DNA of 49,727 nt from contig CAZOKB010000008.1 of NCBI GenBank assembly GCA_964580285.1, forward strand, positions 1-49,727. The letters are read 5' to 3'. Position 1 is the first letter of the stretch; the number at the start of each line of letters is the position of its first letter. Positions 1 through 8,258 of the stretch are shown in pieces. The notes beneath the pieces were generated by a model. It saw only the letters and a list, made by a program, of their open reading frames with translations, ran no database searches and had not been told where the DNA came from. Made by a program: the position numbers and the translations under genes. The stretch is from an uncultured Bdellovibrionales bacterium (lineage in GTDB: Bacteria > Patescibacteriota > Minisyncoccia > Moranbacterales > UBA1568).

Positions 1-6
1 GAAGAT

Positions 7-414
7 TTACTTAAGAACAGCGGTAGCACCAGCTTCCTCAAGCTTCTTCTTGACTGCTTCAGCATCCGCCTTAGCAATCTTTTCCTTGATAACCTTTGGA
101 GCGCCATCCACAAGATCCTTAGCTTCCTTAAGACCAAGACCCGTCACTTCGCGAACTACCTTAATGACATTGATCTTCTGCGCACCAGCCGCAGTCAGTT
201 CGACATCGAACTCGGTCTTCTCTTCAGCGGCTTCTGCAGCCCCACCAGCGGCTGGCATAGCACCCATCATCATTGGAGCAGCTGCCGACACACCAAACTT
301 CTCTTCTAAGACTTTCACGAGTTCAGACAGATCAAGCACGCTCATCTTCTCAATTTCTGAGACCAGCTTCTCGAACTTCTCCGGAACCACTACCTCTTTC
401 TTCTCTTCGGACAT
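7..414 (-). CDS. rplL: 50S ribosomal protein L7/L12
   Basis: Motifs [50 protein letters not shown]. Confidence 0.98.
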   Translation of the reverse strand: MSEEKKEVVVPEKFEKLVSEIEKMSVLDLSELVKVLEEKFGVSAAAPMMMGAMPAAGGAAEAAEEKTEFDVELTAAGAQKINVIKVVREVTGLGLKEAKDLVDGAPKVIKEKIAKADAEAVKKKLEEAGATAVLK

Positions 415-446
415 AACCTTATATGGTTAAATGATTATTATAGTTA

Positions 447-519
447 CATTGTTACACTATTGGAACGCTCCATCCTTGTTTTTTCTGAAACTCTGAAGCG
501 GTTCAATCGTGTAACAATG
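447..519. repeat. Long imperfect inverted repeat (about 23-bp stem) in the rplJ-rplL spacer
   Basis: cattgttacac (447-457) is the exact reverse complement of gtgtaacaatg (509-519); attggaacgct (459-469) pairs imperfectly with agcggttcaat (497-507). Confidence 0.75.
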
Positions 520-531
520 CGGAAAAACGGA

Positions 532-1053
532 TTATTTCTTGTTCTCTGCAACCGTATTCAGCACACGGACCAAACCGGAGAGATTGCCGGAAAGGGTTCT
601 GACAAAACCGCTGATCGGAGCCTGCAGTGTTCCGATAAGCGTTGCTCGTAACTCATCCTGGCTCGGCAGCTTGGCCAAGGCTTTCACTTCGTCGACCGAG
701 AGCATTTTTTCGCCCAATGCACCGCCTTCGATCGAGAAGGTCGTCCCCTTATTGGCTTTCACAAAATCCGCAAGTGCCTTGGCTGCTGCTACCTCATCAG
801 CTGAAAAAGCCACACCAATCTGTCCCGGAAGCTCACGTACCTTACCTTCAATGCCCGCTTCTTTGAGGGCAATATTCAAAAGCGTCTTTTTCATCACCTG
901 CCAAGAAGATCCGGACTTGGCCAATTCCTTCCGCATACCAGTGAGGTCCTTCACAGTTACCCCCTTATAGTTGGCATAAACGACCGCCTTGGAAGATTTG
1001 ATCTTCTCGACGAGTTCCGACACCAACGTTTCTTTCATCTGTCTTGTCTGCAT
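532..1053 (-). CDS. rplJ: 50S ribosomal protein L10
   Basis: YKGVTVKDLTGMRKEL, VMKKTLLNIAL, LAKLPSQDELRATLIGTLQAP; directly upstream of rplL. Confidence 0.97.
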   Translation of the reverse strand: MQTRQMKETLVSELVEKIKSSKAVVYANYKGVTVKDLTGMRKELAKSGSSWQVMKKTLLNIALKEAGIEGKVRELPGQIGVAFSADEVAAAKALADFVKANKGTTFSIEGGALGEKMLSVDEVKALAKLPSQDELRATLIGTLQAPISGFVRTLSGNLSGLVRVLNTVAENKK

Positions 1054-1069
1054 AGATCTTTGTCAGCTA

Positions 1070-1190
1070 ACAGTAAAAAAAATAATCTGCGGGATACCGC
1101 AGATGCTTCCATCAAAGAAGAAAATGAATCCTTACTTTGACTTTGCATTTCCTCTTGAGGACTTATAGATGCCTCAGGTCTACGGATTTG
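1070..1190 (-). promoter_or_regulatory. L10 (rplJ) leader with attenuator-like terminator
   Basis: Minus strand ccGTAGACcTGAGGcatcTATAAgtCCTCAaGAGG (1185-1151) matches the L10-leader pattern as I recall it; followed by hairpin atctgcgg-tatc-ccgcagat (1104-1085) and a U-run before rplJ. Confidence 0.7.
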
Positions 1191-1242
1191 CTTCTTCAAC
1201 TTGTTCCTCTTATCCTATCCAAAAATCAGTCTGTCGTCAAGG

Positions 1243-1599
1243 CTATGCCTTCACTTCTTCCGCCGGGGCTTCTGTAGGAGTCTCAGCTGGAGTTTCTGTT
1301 CCTGGAGCCTCTTCAGCTGCCACTGGCTTTTCTGGCCGCTGCATTTTGATCACGTGCTTATCTCCGGTTATCACTCCTTCGCGAACCAGCAAATTGTGCA
1401 CAGAGTCAGACACTTCCGCTCCCTGACCGATCCAATAGAGCACGCGCTCTTTCTTCAACACGGTCACCTTCTTATGTGGATCATAGCTTCCGAGCATCTC
1501 AACGTGCCGCTTGCCTGGAGCCTTACCTTTTTCCTGCAAAGCAATACGGAAATACGCCTGATTCCTCTTCCCTACCCGGTTGAAACGAATGGTCAACAT
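1243..1599 (-). CDS. rpsP: 30S ribosomal protein S16 with low-complexity acidic C-terminal tail
   Basis: MLTIRFNRVGKRNQAYFRI, EMLGSYDP, YWIGQGAEVSDSVHNLL. Confidence 0.96.
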   Translation of the reverse strand: MLTIRFNRVGKRNQAYFRIALQEKGKAPGKRHVEMLGSYDPHKKVTVLKKERVLYWIGQGAEVSDSVHNLLVREGVITGDKHVIKMQRPEKPVAAEEAPGTETPAETPTEAPAEEVKA

Positions 1600-1610
1600 A
1601 TCTGCGAAAA

Positions 1611-1796
1611 TTAGAGTTTATCTCAAAATTCATGCCGAGAGAAAATCGGAGAATTTCAAGCGAAAATTATGAGAGATTCTGAAGGAATATAGTATATTTC
1701 GAAGAATTGAGCAAAATTTGCAGCTGAAATTCTCTGATTTTAGCCGGCAAGCGAATGGCTTCACTCTTGTACGGTGAATTTTGAGATAAACTCTAA
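1611..1796. mobile_element. 186-bp MITE-like foldback element with perfect 22-bp terminal inverted repeats
   Basis: ttagagtttatctcaaaattca (1611-1632) and tgaattttgagataaactctaa (1775-1796) are exact reverse complements; a second internal imperfect IR (aaaatcggagaatttca / tgaaattctctgatttt); no credible internal ORF. Confidence 0.6.
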
Positions 1797-1815
1797 CCAA
1801 AAATATACGAATTTC

Positions 1816-1844
1816 ACTGTAGCGCAACCATGAGAGATTGTCAA
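1816..1844 (-). promoter_or_regulatory. Sigma70 promoter for rpsP (TTGACA-17-TACAGT), overlapping the smc stop codon
   Basis: Read directly on minus strand; 17-bp spacer. Confidence 0.65.
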
Positions 1845-4135
1845 CCTTGCAATTGCCCTTTTTCTCCAATCTGATCCAAACGCACCGAGAGCAATTGGGA
1901 AATGCCGTCACGCTGCATCGTCACCCCGTAGAGCAGTCCTGCCTGCGCCATCGTCTCACGATTATGGGTAATAGCGATAAATTGGGTATGATCGGACAGC
2001 TCCTGGAGCATCTTCGAAAACCGGCGGGAATTCGCCTCATCGAGAGCGGCTTCTACTTCATCCAGTACCGCAAACGGTGGCGGATTGTGGGAAATAATCG
2101 CAAACAGCAGCGCGAGCGACGTCAGCGAGCGTTCTCCGCCTGATAGCATAGAAAGATTGGCGATTTTCTTGCCTGGAGGGCAAGCAAAGATTTCGATACC
2201 GATACCATCTTTCTCTTCCTCGCCATCAACCCTTTCTTCCCCTTCTTCCTCAATATCCGTTGATCGTCGTCGGAGCGCGATTCGAACCTTCTCGATATCC
2301 GCCTTACCACCGCCGAAAATAATCTTGAAATAATGTGCAAAACGCTTTTTGATCTCTTCAAAAGTTCTTTCAAAAGCTTCATCGATCTTACGATCCATTT
2401 CCTTGATCACGGACCGCAAAGATTCTATTGCCTGCTTCAGATCAGCCGACTCGTGCGTCAGAAACTCAAAACGCTTAGCTGTTTCTTCGTACTCATCCAC
2501 CACCAAAGGATCAATAGTGCCGATGTGCTCCACTTCCACCTTGAGACGACTGATTTCTCTTTCCAGTCGTTCCCGATCCACCGGAGTCACGCCATCGTAC
2601 GAAAGATTGTCCGTTGGGAGAGAAAGTTCCTCACGCACCAATGTGGTCAGATCTTCTTCACGCACCTCAACCCGCGCCAGGCGCACCTTGAGCTCGTTAA
2701 AATTATCCTTCAGTTGCTGCAGGGCTCGCTCGCATTCACGAGACTCTTTTTCTTTCACAAAAAAAGCCTCTCGATTAAGACGATTCGCCTCACGCCGTTC
2801 GGTAATGAGACGTTCTTTCTCGGCCAGAGTATGTCCAGCTCGCGTTAAGCGTTCACCTATCGAGACAAGCTCGGCTTGAAAAGCAGCGACTCGGGCATCG
2901 CTTTCGGCTTTTTCTTCCGGACTTGGACCGATGATACGCGTCTCACGAACACTGCCTCGGCCAGCATTCTCGGCGAGCTCATATAGTTCCTGCTTGATAA
3001 CCTGGGCAAATTCACGGATATCCTGAAGATCCTCGAGTTTTTCTGCAGCCTGAATTCTTTCAATCAACCGATCCTGATCCGTACCGATTTTCTCAACACC
3101 GCGTTTCACGAAAGCCAGATCCACCGGTATGGTCTCCACGACTTCCTTTTCTTTTACCCGCTCTTTCTCGATTTCCATTCTCCCCTCAATGACACTCTGT
3201 TCGCGCGACAATGCATTCTGCTCTGTACGCAAGACCTGGACCTCTTTTTGCCATGCTTCTTCTTCACCTTGGTCTTCAAGTGCTGCGGACACCCGGACTA
3301 CTTCTTCTCGCAATACCTGCGCTCGCGTTTCTAAATCGAGAATCGTCTGTTCGGCCACCTCGCGGTCTCGCTTGAGCGTTCCGCGTTCCGCCTGAAACTG
3401 GTGCCAGAGAAAGCCGTAGAGCAACAACTGCTTTTCTTTGAGTCTCGCCGCTACATCTTTTCCCTGCGAAGCCTTTTCCGCTTGACGCTTAAGATTCTTG
3501 AGATGTGGCTCAATCTCCATCGTCAACGCATCTACTCGGACAAGATTCTCCTTAGTACTCTCCAATTTACGAATGGCTCGTTCCTTTTCAATCTGGTACT
3601 GTTTCACGCCGGCCGCATCTTCAAAAATTGAACGACGTTCCAAAGGTGATGCTTGCAGCACAGCATCCGACATGCCCTGGGTAATCACACAGTAACTATC
3701 CTTACCAATCCCCCCTTTGGCTAGCAGATCAACAATATCGAGTAAACGCACCTTATTACCATTGATCGCGTATTCACTCTCACCGCTGCGGTAGATCTTG
3801 CGTGTCACCGCCACATCGGAGAACTCAATCGGAATACGCTTATCTGAGTTATCAAAATGGAGCGTTACGGCTGCGCTCCCCATCCGCGCCTTCCCTTCGG
3901 TACCTGCAAAAATAACGTCTTCGGATTTCTTACCCCGGAGATTCTTCGAAGACTGCTCCCCAATAGCCCAACGGATAGCATCAGCAATATTGGATTTCCC
4001 TGATCCATTCGGGCCAACAATCGCTGTAATACCGCAACTGGCTCCCTCTGCCATGGAGCGGTCAGGCAAAAAATCCAACACTGTCTTGTTGGCAAAGGAT
4101 TTAAAACCAGAAATTTCGAGACGTTTGAGATACAT
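1841..4135 (-). CDS. smc: Chromosome segregation ATPase Smc, short form (about 764 aa)
   Basis: MYLKRLEISGFKSFA start, Walker A GPNGSGKSN, signature LSGGE, Walker B VLDEVEAALD, coiled coils; start set at ATG 4135. Confidence 0.92.
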   Translation of the reverse strand: MYLKRLEISGFKSFANKTVLDFLPDRSMAEGASCGITAIVGPNGSGKSNIADAIRWAIGEQSSKNLRGKKSEDVIFAGTEGKARMGSAAVTLHFDNSDKRIPIEFSDVAVTRKIYRSGESEYAINGNKVRLLDIVDLLAKGGIGKDSYCVITQGMSDAVLQASPLERRSIFEDAAGVKQYQIEKERAIRKLESTKENLVRVDALTMEIEPHLKNLKRQAEKASQGKDVAARLKEKQLLLYGFLWHQFQAERGTLKRDREVAEQTILDLETRAQVLREEVVRVSAALEDQGEEEAWQKEVQVLRTEQNALSREQSVIEGRMEIEKERVKEKEVVETIPVDLAFVKRGVEKIGTDQDRLIERIQAAEKLEDLQDIREFAQVIKQELYELAENAGRGSVRETRIIGPSPEEKAESDARVAAFQAELVSIGERLTRAGHTLAEKERLITERREANRLNREAFFVKEKESRECERALQQLKDNFNELKVRLARVEVREEDLTTLVREELSLPTDNLSYDGVTPVDRERLEREISRLKVEVEHIGTIDPLVVDEYEETAKRFEFLTHESADLKQAIESLRSVIKEMDRKIDEAFERTFEEIKKRFAHYFKIIFGGGKADIEKVRIALRRRSTDIEEEGEERVDGEEEKDGIGIEIFACPPGKKIANLSMLSGGERSLTSLALLFAIISHNPPPFAVLDEVEAALDEANSRRFSKMLQELSDHTQFIAITHNRETMAQAGLLYGVTMQRDGISQLLSVRLDQIGEKGQLQG

Positions 4136-4250
4136 AACTGAAATCAATCAACAAAAAAACTGACGCCTTCGCACAATACTTCCCTTGATTGCATTCTTTT
4201 TTTGTTGACTGTTAACTGTTATCTGATTCAGTATATCTGATTTCCAGCGT

Positions 4251-4289
4251 AAAAAGAAGGAGAGGCGCCCGTCATTGACGTTCGCCTCT
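4251..4289 (-). terminator. Rho-independent terminator after the small-ORF pair
   Basis: agaggcg..cgtca-a-tgacg..cgcctct stem followed by ccttcttttt on minus strand. Confidence 0.65.
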
Positions 4290-4301
4290 AAACACTGTCT
4301 T

Positions 4302-4508
4302 TTACTCTTCCTCACTGAGTCCGGTCATTCTTCTGAAAAACCATACCCTATCTGCCTTCCATTCGCGCAGCGTAGCGCAGCACCGTTCCCACAACGCTGC
4401 CTGCCGGATATCCAGCCAGACGGAATAGGTGAAATGAAGCAAGAGCACAATCAGCACCGCTCCAAGCACCAAGGAGCACATGAGCTCCACTTTATCGATC
4501 CATTCCAT
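4302..4508 (-). CDS. Small single-TM hypothetical protein (68 aa, MEWIDKVELMCSLVLGAVLIVLLLHF...)
   Basis: AAGGAG RBS 7 nt upstream of ATG 4508; hydrophobic segment; downstream terminator. Confidence 0.7.
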   Translation of the reverse strand: MEWIDKVELMCSLVLGAVLIVLLLHFTYSVWLDIRQAALWERCCATLREWKADRVWFFRRMTGLSEEE

Positions 4509-4558
4509 GTCATATCTCCTTTCCTTTTTTCCATTCAATGGCATTCGAAACATTTTCT

Positions 4559-4696
4559 TTAGGACTCATGAGTATCCTCATCCTTCCCAAAATGGTGGCA
4601 TACCCAGCGCCACCAGTTTTCAATATGACCCCAACCGAGGCCAATCACGACCACCACGCTCAGAAAGATTGAGAGTTGGTCCGGAGATACCTGCAT
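4559..4696 (-). CDS. Small single-TM hypothetical peptide (45 aa, MQVSPDQLSIFLSVVVVIGLGWGHIENWWRWVCHHFGKDEDTHES); not in ORF track
   Basis: Hand-translated; gagggag RBS-like sequence upstream of ATG 4696; hydrophobic N-terminal helix; promoter upstream. Confidence 0.6.
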   Translation of the reverse strand: MQVSPDQLSIFLSVVVVIGLGWGHIENWWRWVCHHFGKDEDTHES

Positions 4697-4757
4697 GTCT
4701 GACTCCCTCTAAAAAGATTCCAACGAACCGCAGAGATACAACCCAAAAACTACCCCC

Positions 4758-4786
4758 ACCCTACAAGAGGACTCTTTTTCTGTCAA
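4758..4786 (-). promoter_or_regulatory. Putative sigma70 promoter (TTGACA-17-TAGGGT) for the small-ORF pair
   Basis: Perfect -35, 17-bp spacer, weak -10. Confidence 0.45.
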
Positions 4787-4815
4787 AGCCAAAAATTACA
4801 AAAAAGCCTGGAGTC

Positions 4816-5502
4816 TTACCATCCCTTCACTTCCAAGGCCTGTTTGGCGGCGGCGCGCTGAGCCTCTTGTTTGGAAACCCCCTCACCTTCCGCAATCAGT
4901 TCCTCTCCAATAAAAACCCCTGCAACAAAATGCCGATCATGGTCTGGCCCCCATTCCTTTAAAACCCGATACGTCGGCGTGGTACTGTAAGCTTCCTGCG
5001 CTTTTTCTTGAAAAAGACTCTTCGCATCCGCGTACAGCTTTTGATCCAGTACTTCGGGCAGATGCGAAAGCACATGGGCCACAATAAATTTTTTGGCTGC
5101 CTCGTACCCTTGATCAAGGTACAACGCTCCAATAATGGCTTCCATAGCATTCGCCACAATATACTGCCGAGCTCGACCAGTATCTTTGGCCTCACCCCGG
5201 CTCATCAGCAAAAATTCTTCAATACCGAGCTCCTTACCAATCTTCGCCAGCATTTCACCGTTCACAAGTGCGGCTCGCCAGGCGGTCATTTCACCCTCTG
5301 GTCGATCATAGCCATGAAACAAGTTCTCGGTCACCACGAGTTCGAGCACAGCATCACCAAGAAATTCCAAGCGTTCATTATGCGGCAATTTGTACCCTCG
5401 GTGCTCATTCAAATAGGAACGATGCGTGATCGCTTCCTGAAAATAACTCTTATTCTTAATCGTGAATCCGAGACGACGCTCGAAAATCGGTATATCTAAC
5501 AT
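4816..5502 (-). CDS. rnc: Ribonuclease III
   Basis: Signature HNERLEFLGDAVLEL, ANAMEAIIGALYLDQG, C-terminal dsRBD (GEGVSKQEAQRAAA). Confidence 0.98.
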   Translation of the reverse strand: MLDIPIFERRLGFTIKNKSYFQEAITHRSYLNEHRGYKLPHNERLEFLGDAVLELVVTENLFHGYDRPEGEMTAWRAALVNGEMLAKIGKELGIEEFLLMSRGEAKDTGRARQYIVANAMEAIIGALYLDQGYEAAKKFIVAHVLSHLPEVLDQKLYADAKSLFQEKAQEAYSTTPTYRVLKEWGPDHDRHFVAGVFIGEELIAEGEGVSKQEAQRAAAKQALEVKGW

Positions 5503-5599
5503 AGCGTTGTATCAACAACTCACGGTCCGTAATATTTCAAACCACTGAACGTGAGTTATGGATGCTTATAGGAAATTACTTCTAGAGAAAAAGCGCCCG

Positions 5600-6190
5600 T
5601 TAGGCGCCCTTCTTGGCATGCTTGACTGCGGTTTTTTTTGTATGCACTTTTGAAACCGCTTTCTCTTCTTCGACAACTCTTTCTTCTACTGGTACGGATG
5701 GGTTTTCTTCCTTTTCCTCCTGCCGTTTTTTGAAGTGATCGTGATTCTCTGAAACATCATCCTTGAGCGGTTCGCCCATCTCACGATAAATAGTACCCAG
5801 CACTCCATTCACAAAACGCGGACTTGAATCACTCCCAAAAGATTTAGCCAGCTCAATCGCTTCATTGATCGCCACCTTAGGAGGTACTTCATCGTAATTA
5901 CCGAACATGAGCTCGTAAATACCTAACCGGAGGATATTGCGATCAATGACCGTTACCTGCTCAAGCGGCCATTCTGGCGCACACTTTTCGATCAATGCAT
6001 CGATAGTCTTACGTTCACGCAAGGTTCCCTCAATCAAGTGCTTGGCAAATATAATTTCATCAATACCCGGTGCAAATTCGGCTATATTGCGGTCAAGAAT
6101 CGTCATCGACTGATCATCGTGACGACCCTGAAAGTCCCATTCGAATAAGGACTGCATTGCTACTGAACGTTGAAGGTGCCGGTTTGCCAT
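5600..6190 (-). CDS. nusB: Transcription antitermination factor NusB
   Basis: [38 protein letters not shown]. Confidence 0.97.
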   Translation of the reverse strand: MANRHLQRSVAMQSLFEWDFQGRHDDQSMTILDRNIAEFAPGIDEIIFAKHLIEGTLRERKTIDALIEKCAPEWPLEQVTVIDRNILRLGIYELMFGNYDEVPPKVAINEAIELAKSFGSDSSPRFVNGVLGTIYREMGEPLKDDVSENHDHFKKRQEEKEENPSVPVEERVVEEEKAVSKVHTKKTAVKHAKKGA

Positions 6191-6242
6191 GGTATTTATT
6201 TTGAAAACCTCAGTGTTTTTTGAAAGACAATCTTACGAAAAA

Positions 6243-6443
6243 CTATTTGCTGCTTTTTTTGAGCTTTGGAGTTGTGTCCACTGCTTCGCGACCCTTATAG
6301 GTGCCACACTTGGGACAGATACGATGTGGGAGCTTAGCCGCACCACACTTCTCGCAGGTAATCGTCTTGGTTGGCTCCATTTCAAGCTCTTTACGAGCGC
6401 GATCACGTCGATAATGGGTATGTCTCTGCTTTGGAAGGGCCAT
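6243..6443 (-). CDS. rpmF: 50S ribosomal protein L32
   Basis: MALPKQRHTHYRRDRAR, CEKCG..KLPHRICPKCGTYKG. Confidence 0.96.
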   Translation of the reverse strand: MALPKQRHTHYRRDRARKELEMEPTKTITCEKCGAAKLPHRICPKCGTYKGREAVDTTPKLKKSSK

Positions 6444-6518
6444 AGTATTCTACCTTTACCAGAATTATTCAATGCGATTACTCTATCAGTTTCCGCTCCT
6501 TTTGGCAAGAGAACAAGG

Positions 6519-6860
6519 TTAATCGACTCGATTCATAGCCCAGTGCGAGAGCATATGGATAAGTGAAAGAACTACGGCACCCAGTATCGCCGCCCAAAAG
6601 GTCTGTACTTCAAACCCTTTTATCAATCCGCCCAACAGCCAGAGAAGAAAGCCATTGATCACAAAGGTAAAAATGCCAAACGTCAGGAGATTGATAGGGA
6701 GAGTAAGGATAACCAGAAGCGGTTTTACAGTAATGCCAATGACCCCCCAGAGGAGAGCCAGAAGCAACGCCGTTCCAAAACCCTTCACGCTGATACCCGG
6801 AACCAAATGAGGCAATGCCAGGAATGCCAGCGCAGAAATCAACCATTTAAAAAGCAACAT
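6519..6860 (-). CDS. Phage-holin-family (YvlD-like) 4-TM membrane protein
   Basis: KPLLVILTLPINLLTFGIFTFVINGFLLWL and GFEVQTFWAAILGAVVLS pattern. Confidence 0.85.
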   Translation of the reverse strand: MLLFKWLISALAFLALPHLVPGISVKGFGTALLLALLWGVIGITVKPLLVILTLPINLLTFGIFTFVINGFLLWLLGGLIKGFEVQTFWAAILGAVVLSLIHMLSHWAMNRVD

Positions 6861-6924
6861 AGTCTATTGAATTTAAGAGTGTACGCACTCAGTATACTCC
6901 TTTCGATTCAGGAAACAACGAGCT

Positions 6925-7641
6925 TCACCTCTTCGGTTTCAATACATTCGAAAACCGCTTATTGATGTTTTCAGGTATCGCGAGCTGCACCGGTTTAAAC
7001 GACATCCGATGCAGCGGGCAGGGCCCATGCTTCCGGAGCGCATCCATATGTACTTTGGTTCCATAGCCCTTGTGTTGATCGAAACCGTACACCGGATAGA
7101 GCCCCGCATATTCATCCATCATCCGATCACGTGTCACCTTGGCGATAATCGAAGCCGCCGCAATGGATTTCGAAATGCCATCACCGCCGATGATTGCCTC
7201 CTGAGCAAGCGACAGATGGGGAATCGCCTGGTTACCATCTACGAGAAGAAAAAAATCTTGATCAGATTTCTGTTGATTGTTCGTTGTTAATTGTTTTTTG
7301 ATTGATGATACTGCGGCCTTCATAGCTAAGAAAGTCGCTTCAAGGATATTGACCCGATCGATCGTCTCGGGCGAGATGATGCCGATACCGGTAAAAAAAT
7401 ATTCCTGGATAAGATCGAAGATCTTCTCCCGCTGCTTTTCAGACAACTTCTTCGAATCGCGGATCAGGGAAAATTCTTTTTCGAGTGCATCCGGAATAAC
7501 AAACAAGGGATCTTTGAAACAGACGGCCGCGGCTACAACCGGACCTGCTAAGGGACCACGACCGACTTCATCCACACCAATGACTACCCGACCCCCGTCA
7601 GGTGATTTCAGTTTTTCAATATCAAAGGTGGTTGTTTGCAT
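6925..7641 (-). CDS. rnhB: Ribonuclease HII
   Basis: IGVDEVGRGPLAGPVVAAAV, DSKKLSEKQRE, IAAASIIAKVTRDRMM, HKGYGT; start reset to ATG 7641 because the longer ORF runs through an opposite-strand promoter and RNA. Confidence 0.96.
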   Translation of the reverse strand: MQTTTFDIEKLKSPDGGRVVIGVDEVGRGPLAGPVVAAAVCFKDPLFVIPDALEKEFSLIRDSKKLSEKQREKIFDLIQEYFFTGIGIISPETIDRVNILEATFLAMKAAVSSIKKQLTTNNQQKSDQDFFLLVDGNQAIPHLSLAQEAIIGGDGISKSIAAASIIAKVTRDRMMDEYAGLYPVYGFDQHKGYGTKVHMDALRKHGPCPLHRMSFKPVQLAIPENINKRFSNVLKPKR

Positions 7642-7696
7642 ACGGCTATTGTACCCCGCTTTCCTATTCCCGCCATCCTCACTCATATACGCATCA

Positions 7697-7725
7697 TTGA
7701 CAAAAATACATTCTAGTGCTATAAT
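7697..7725 (+). promoter_or_regulatory. Consensus sigma70 promoter TTGACA-17-TATAAT with extended -10 (TGn)
   Basis: ttgaca 7697-7702, spacer aaaatacattctagtgc, tataat 7720-7725. Confidence 0.85.
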
Positions 7726-7730
7726 TGTAA

Positions 7731-7948
7731 TTCGATAGTCGTCTTGGCGGACGTCGAAAGCAAGTGGACAGCCAGGTTTCCAGCAAAGACGGTCCTCGGT
7801 CAGCTGGAGAAACAACAGGGGTCTTTTCCAAGGGAAGAAAGCTCGATGCGCGCAGAGCAATCATCCTAAAGAAGAGAACTGAATTGTTGTATACTAGCGC
7901 GCCCCCGGGTCGTACGGAACCATCGTACTTCCCGGGGTTTTCATTTTT
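7731..7948 (+). ncRNA. Candidate structured small RNA (about 215 nt), family unassigned
   Basis: Bounded by the perfect promoter and a strong terminator; several self-complementary segments; no ORF with an RBS contained within it. Confidence 0.5.
7903..7948 (+). terminator. Rho-independent terminator
   Basis: ccccggg-tc-gtacg-gaaccat-cgtac-tt-cccgggg followed by ttttcattttt. Confidence 0.8.
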
Positions 7949-8176
7949 AGGCAGAAACAGTATACTAAAGTCACTCTAAACTTCCCTGCAGACTCCAATG
8001 GCATGCCCTGGGCTATGAGGGAACCAAGCTCTATGACCATATCTTCGTTTTTATCTGCGCATTCGCCTTCATTTTGATTGGCGTTTTTTTATTACCAAAC
8101 GAAGTGAGTAAAACGAAAGTCAACTTTCGTTTTCGAACGAGTGCCGGTAAAATCAGGGGCATACCTGTTATTGGAA

Positions 8177-8258
8177 GAATAGAGAATATGGGATATAGAA
8201 TGTAGAGTTCACTATTCTACCCTTTCCTCTTTATTCAATATTCCATATTCAACATTCT
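8177..8258. repeat. Degenerate heptamer-repeat palindrome upstream of dnaE
   Basis: gaataga|gaatatg|ggatata|gaatgta ... attcaat|attccat|attcaac|attct. Confidence 0.7.

Noticed and set aside
6519-6860. Prophage suggested by the holin-family gene
   Set aside because: YvlD-type proteins are common chromosomal genes; no capsid, terminase, integrase or endolysin genes nearby.
7764-7979. 71-aa plus-strand ORF downstream of the perfect promoter
   Set aside because: GTG start without an RBS, runs through a strong terminator, no recognisable protein features.
7969-8205. Open frame with a TM-like stretch (YDHIFVFICAFAFILIGVFLLP)
   Set aside because: No ATG or GTG start upstream of the hydrophobic segment within the frame (in-frame stop at 7966-7968); at most a gene remnant, not enough to call.
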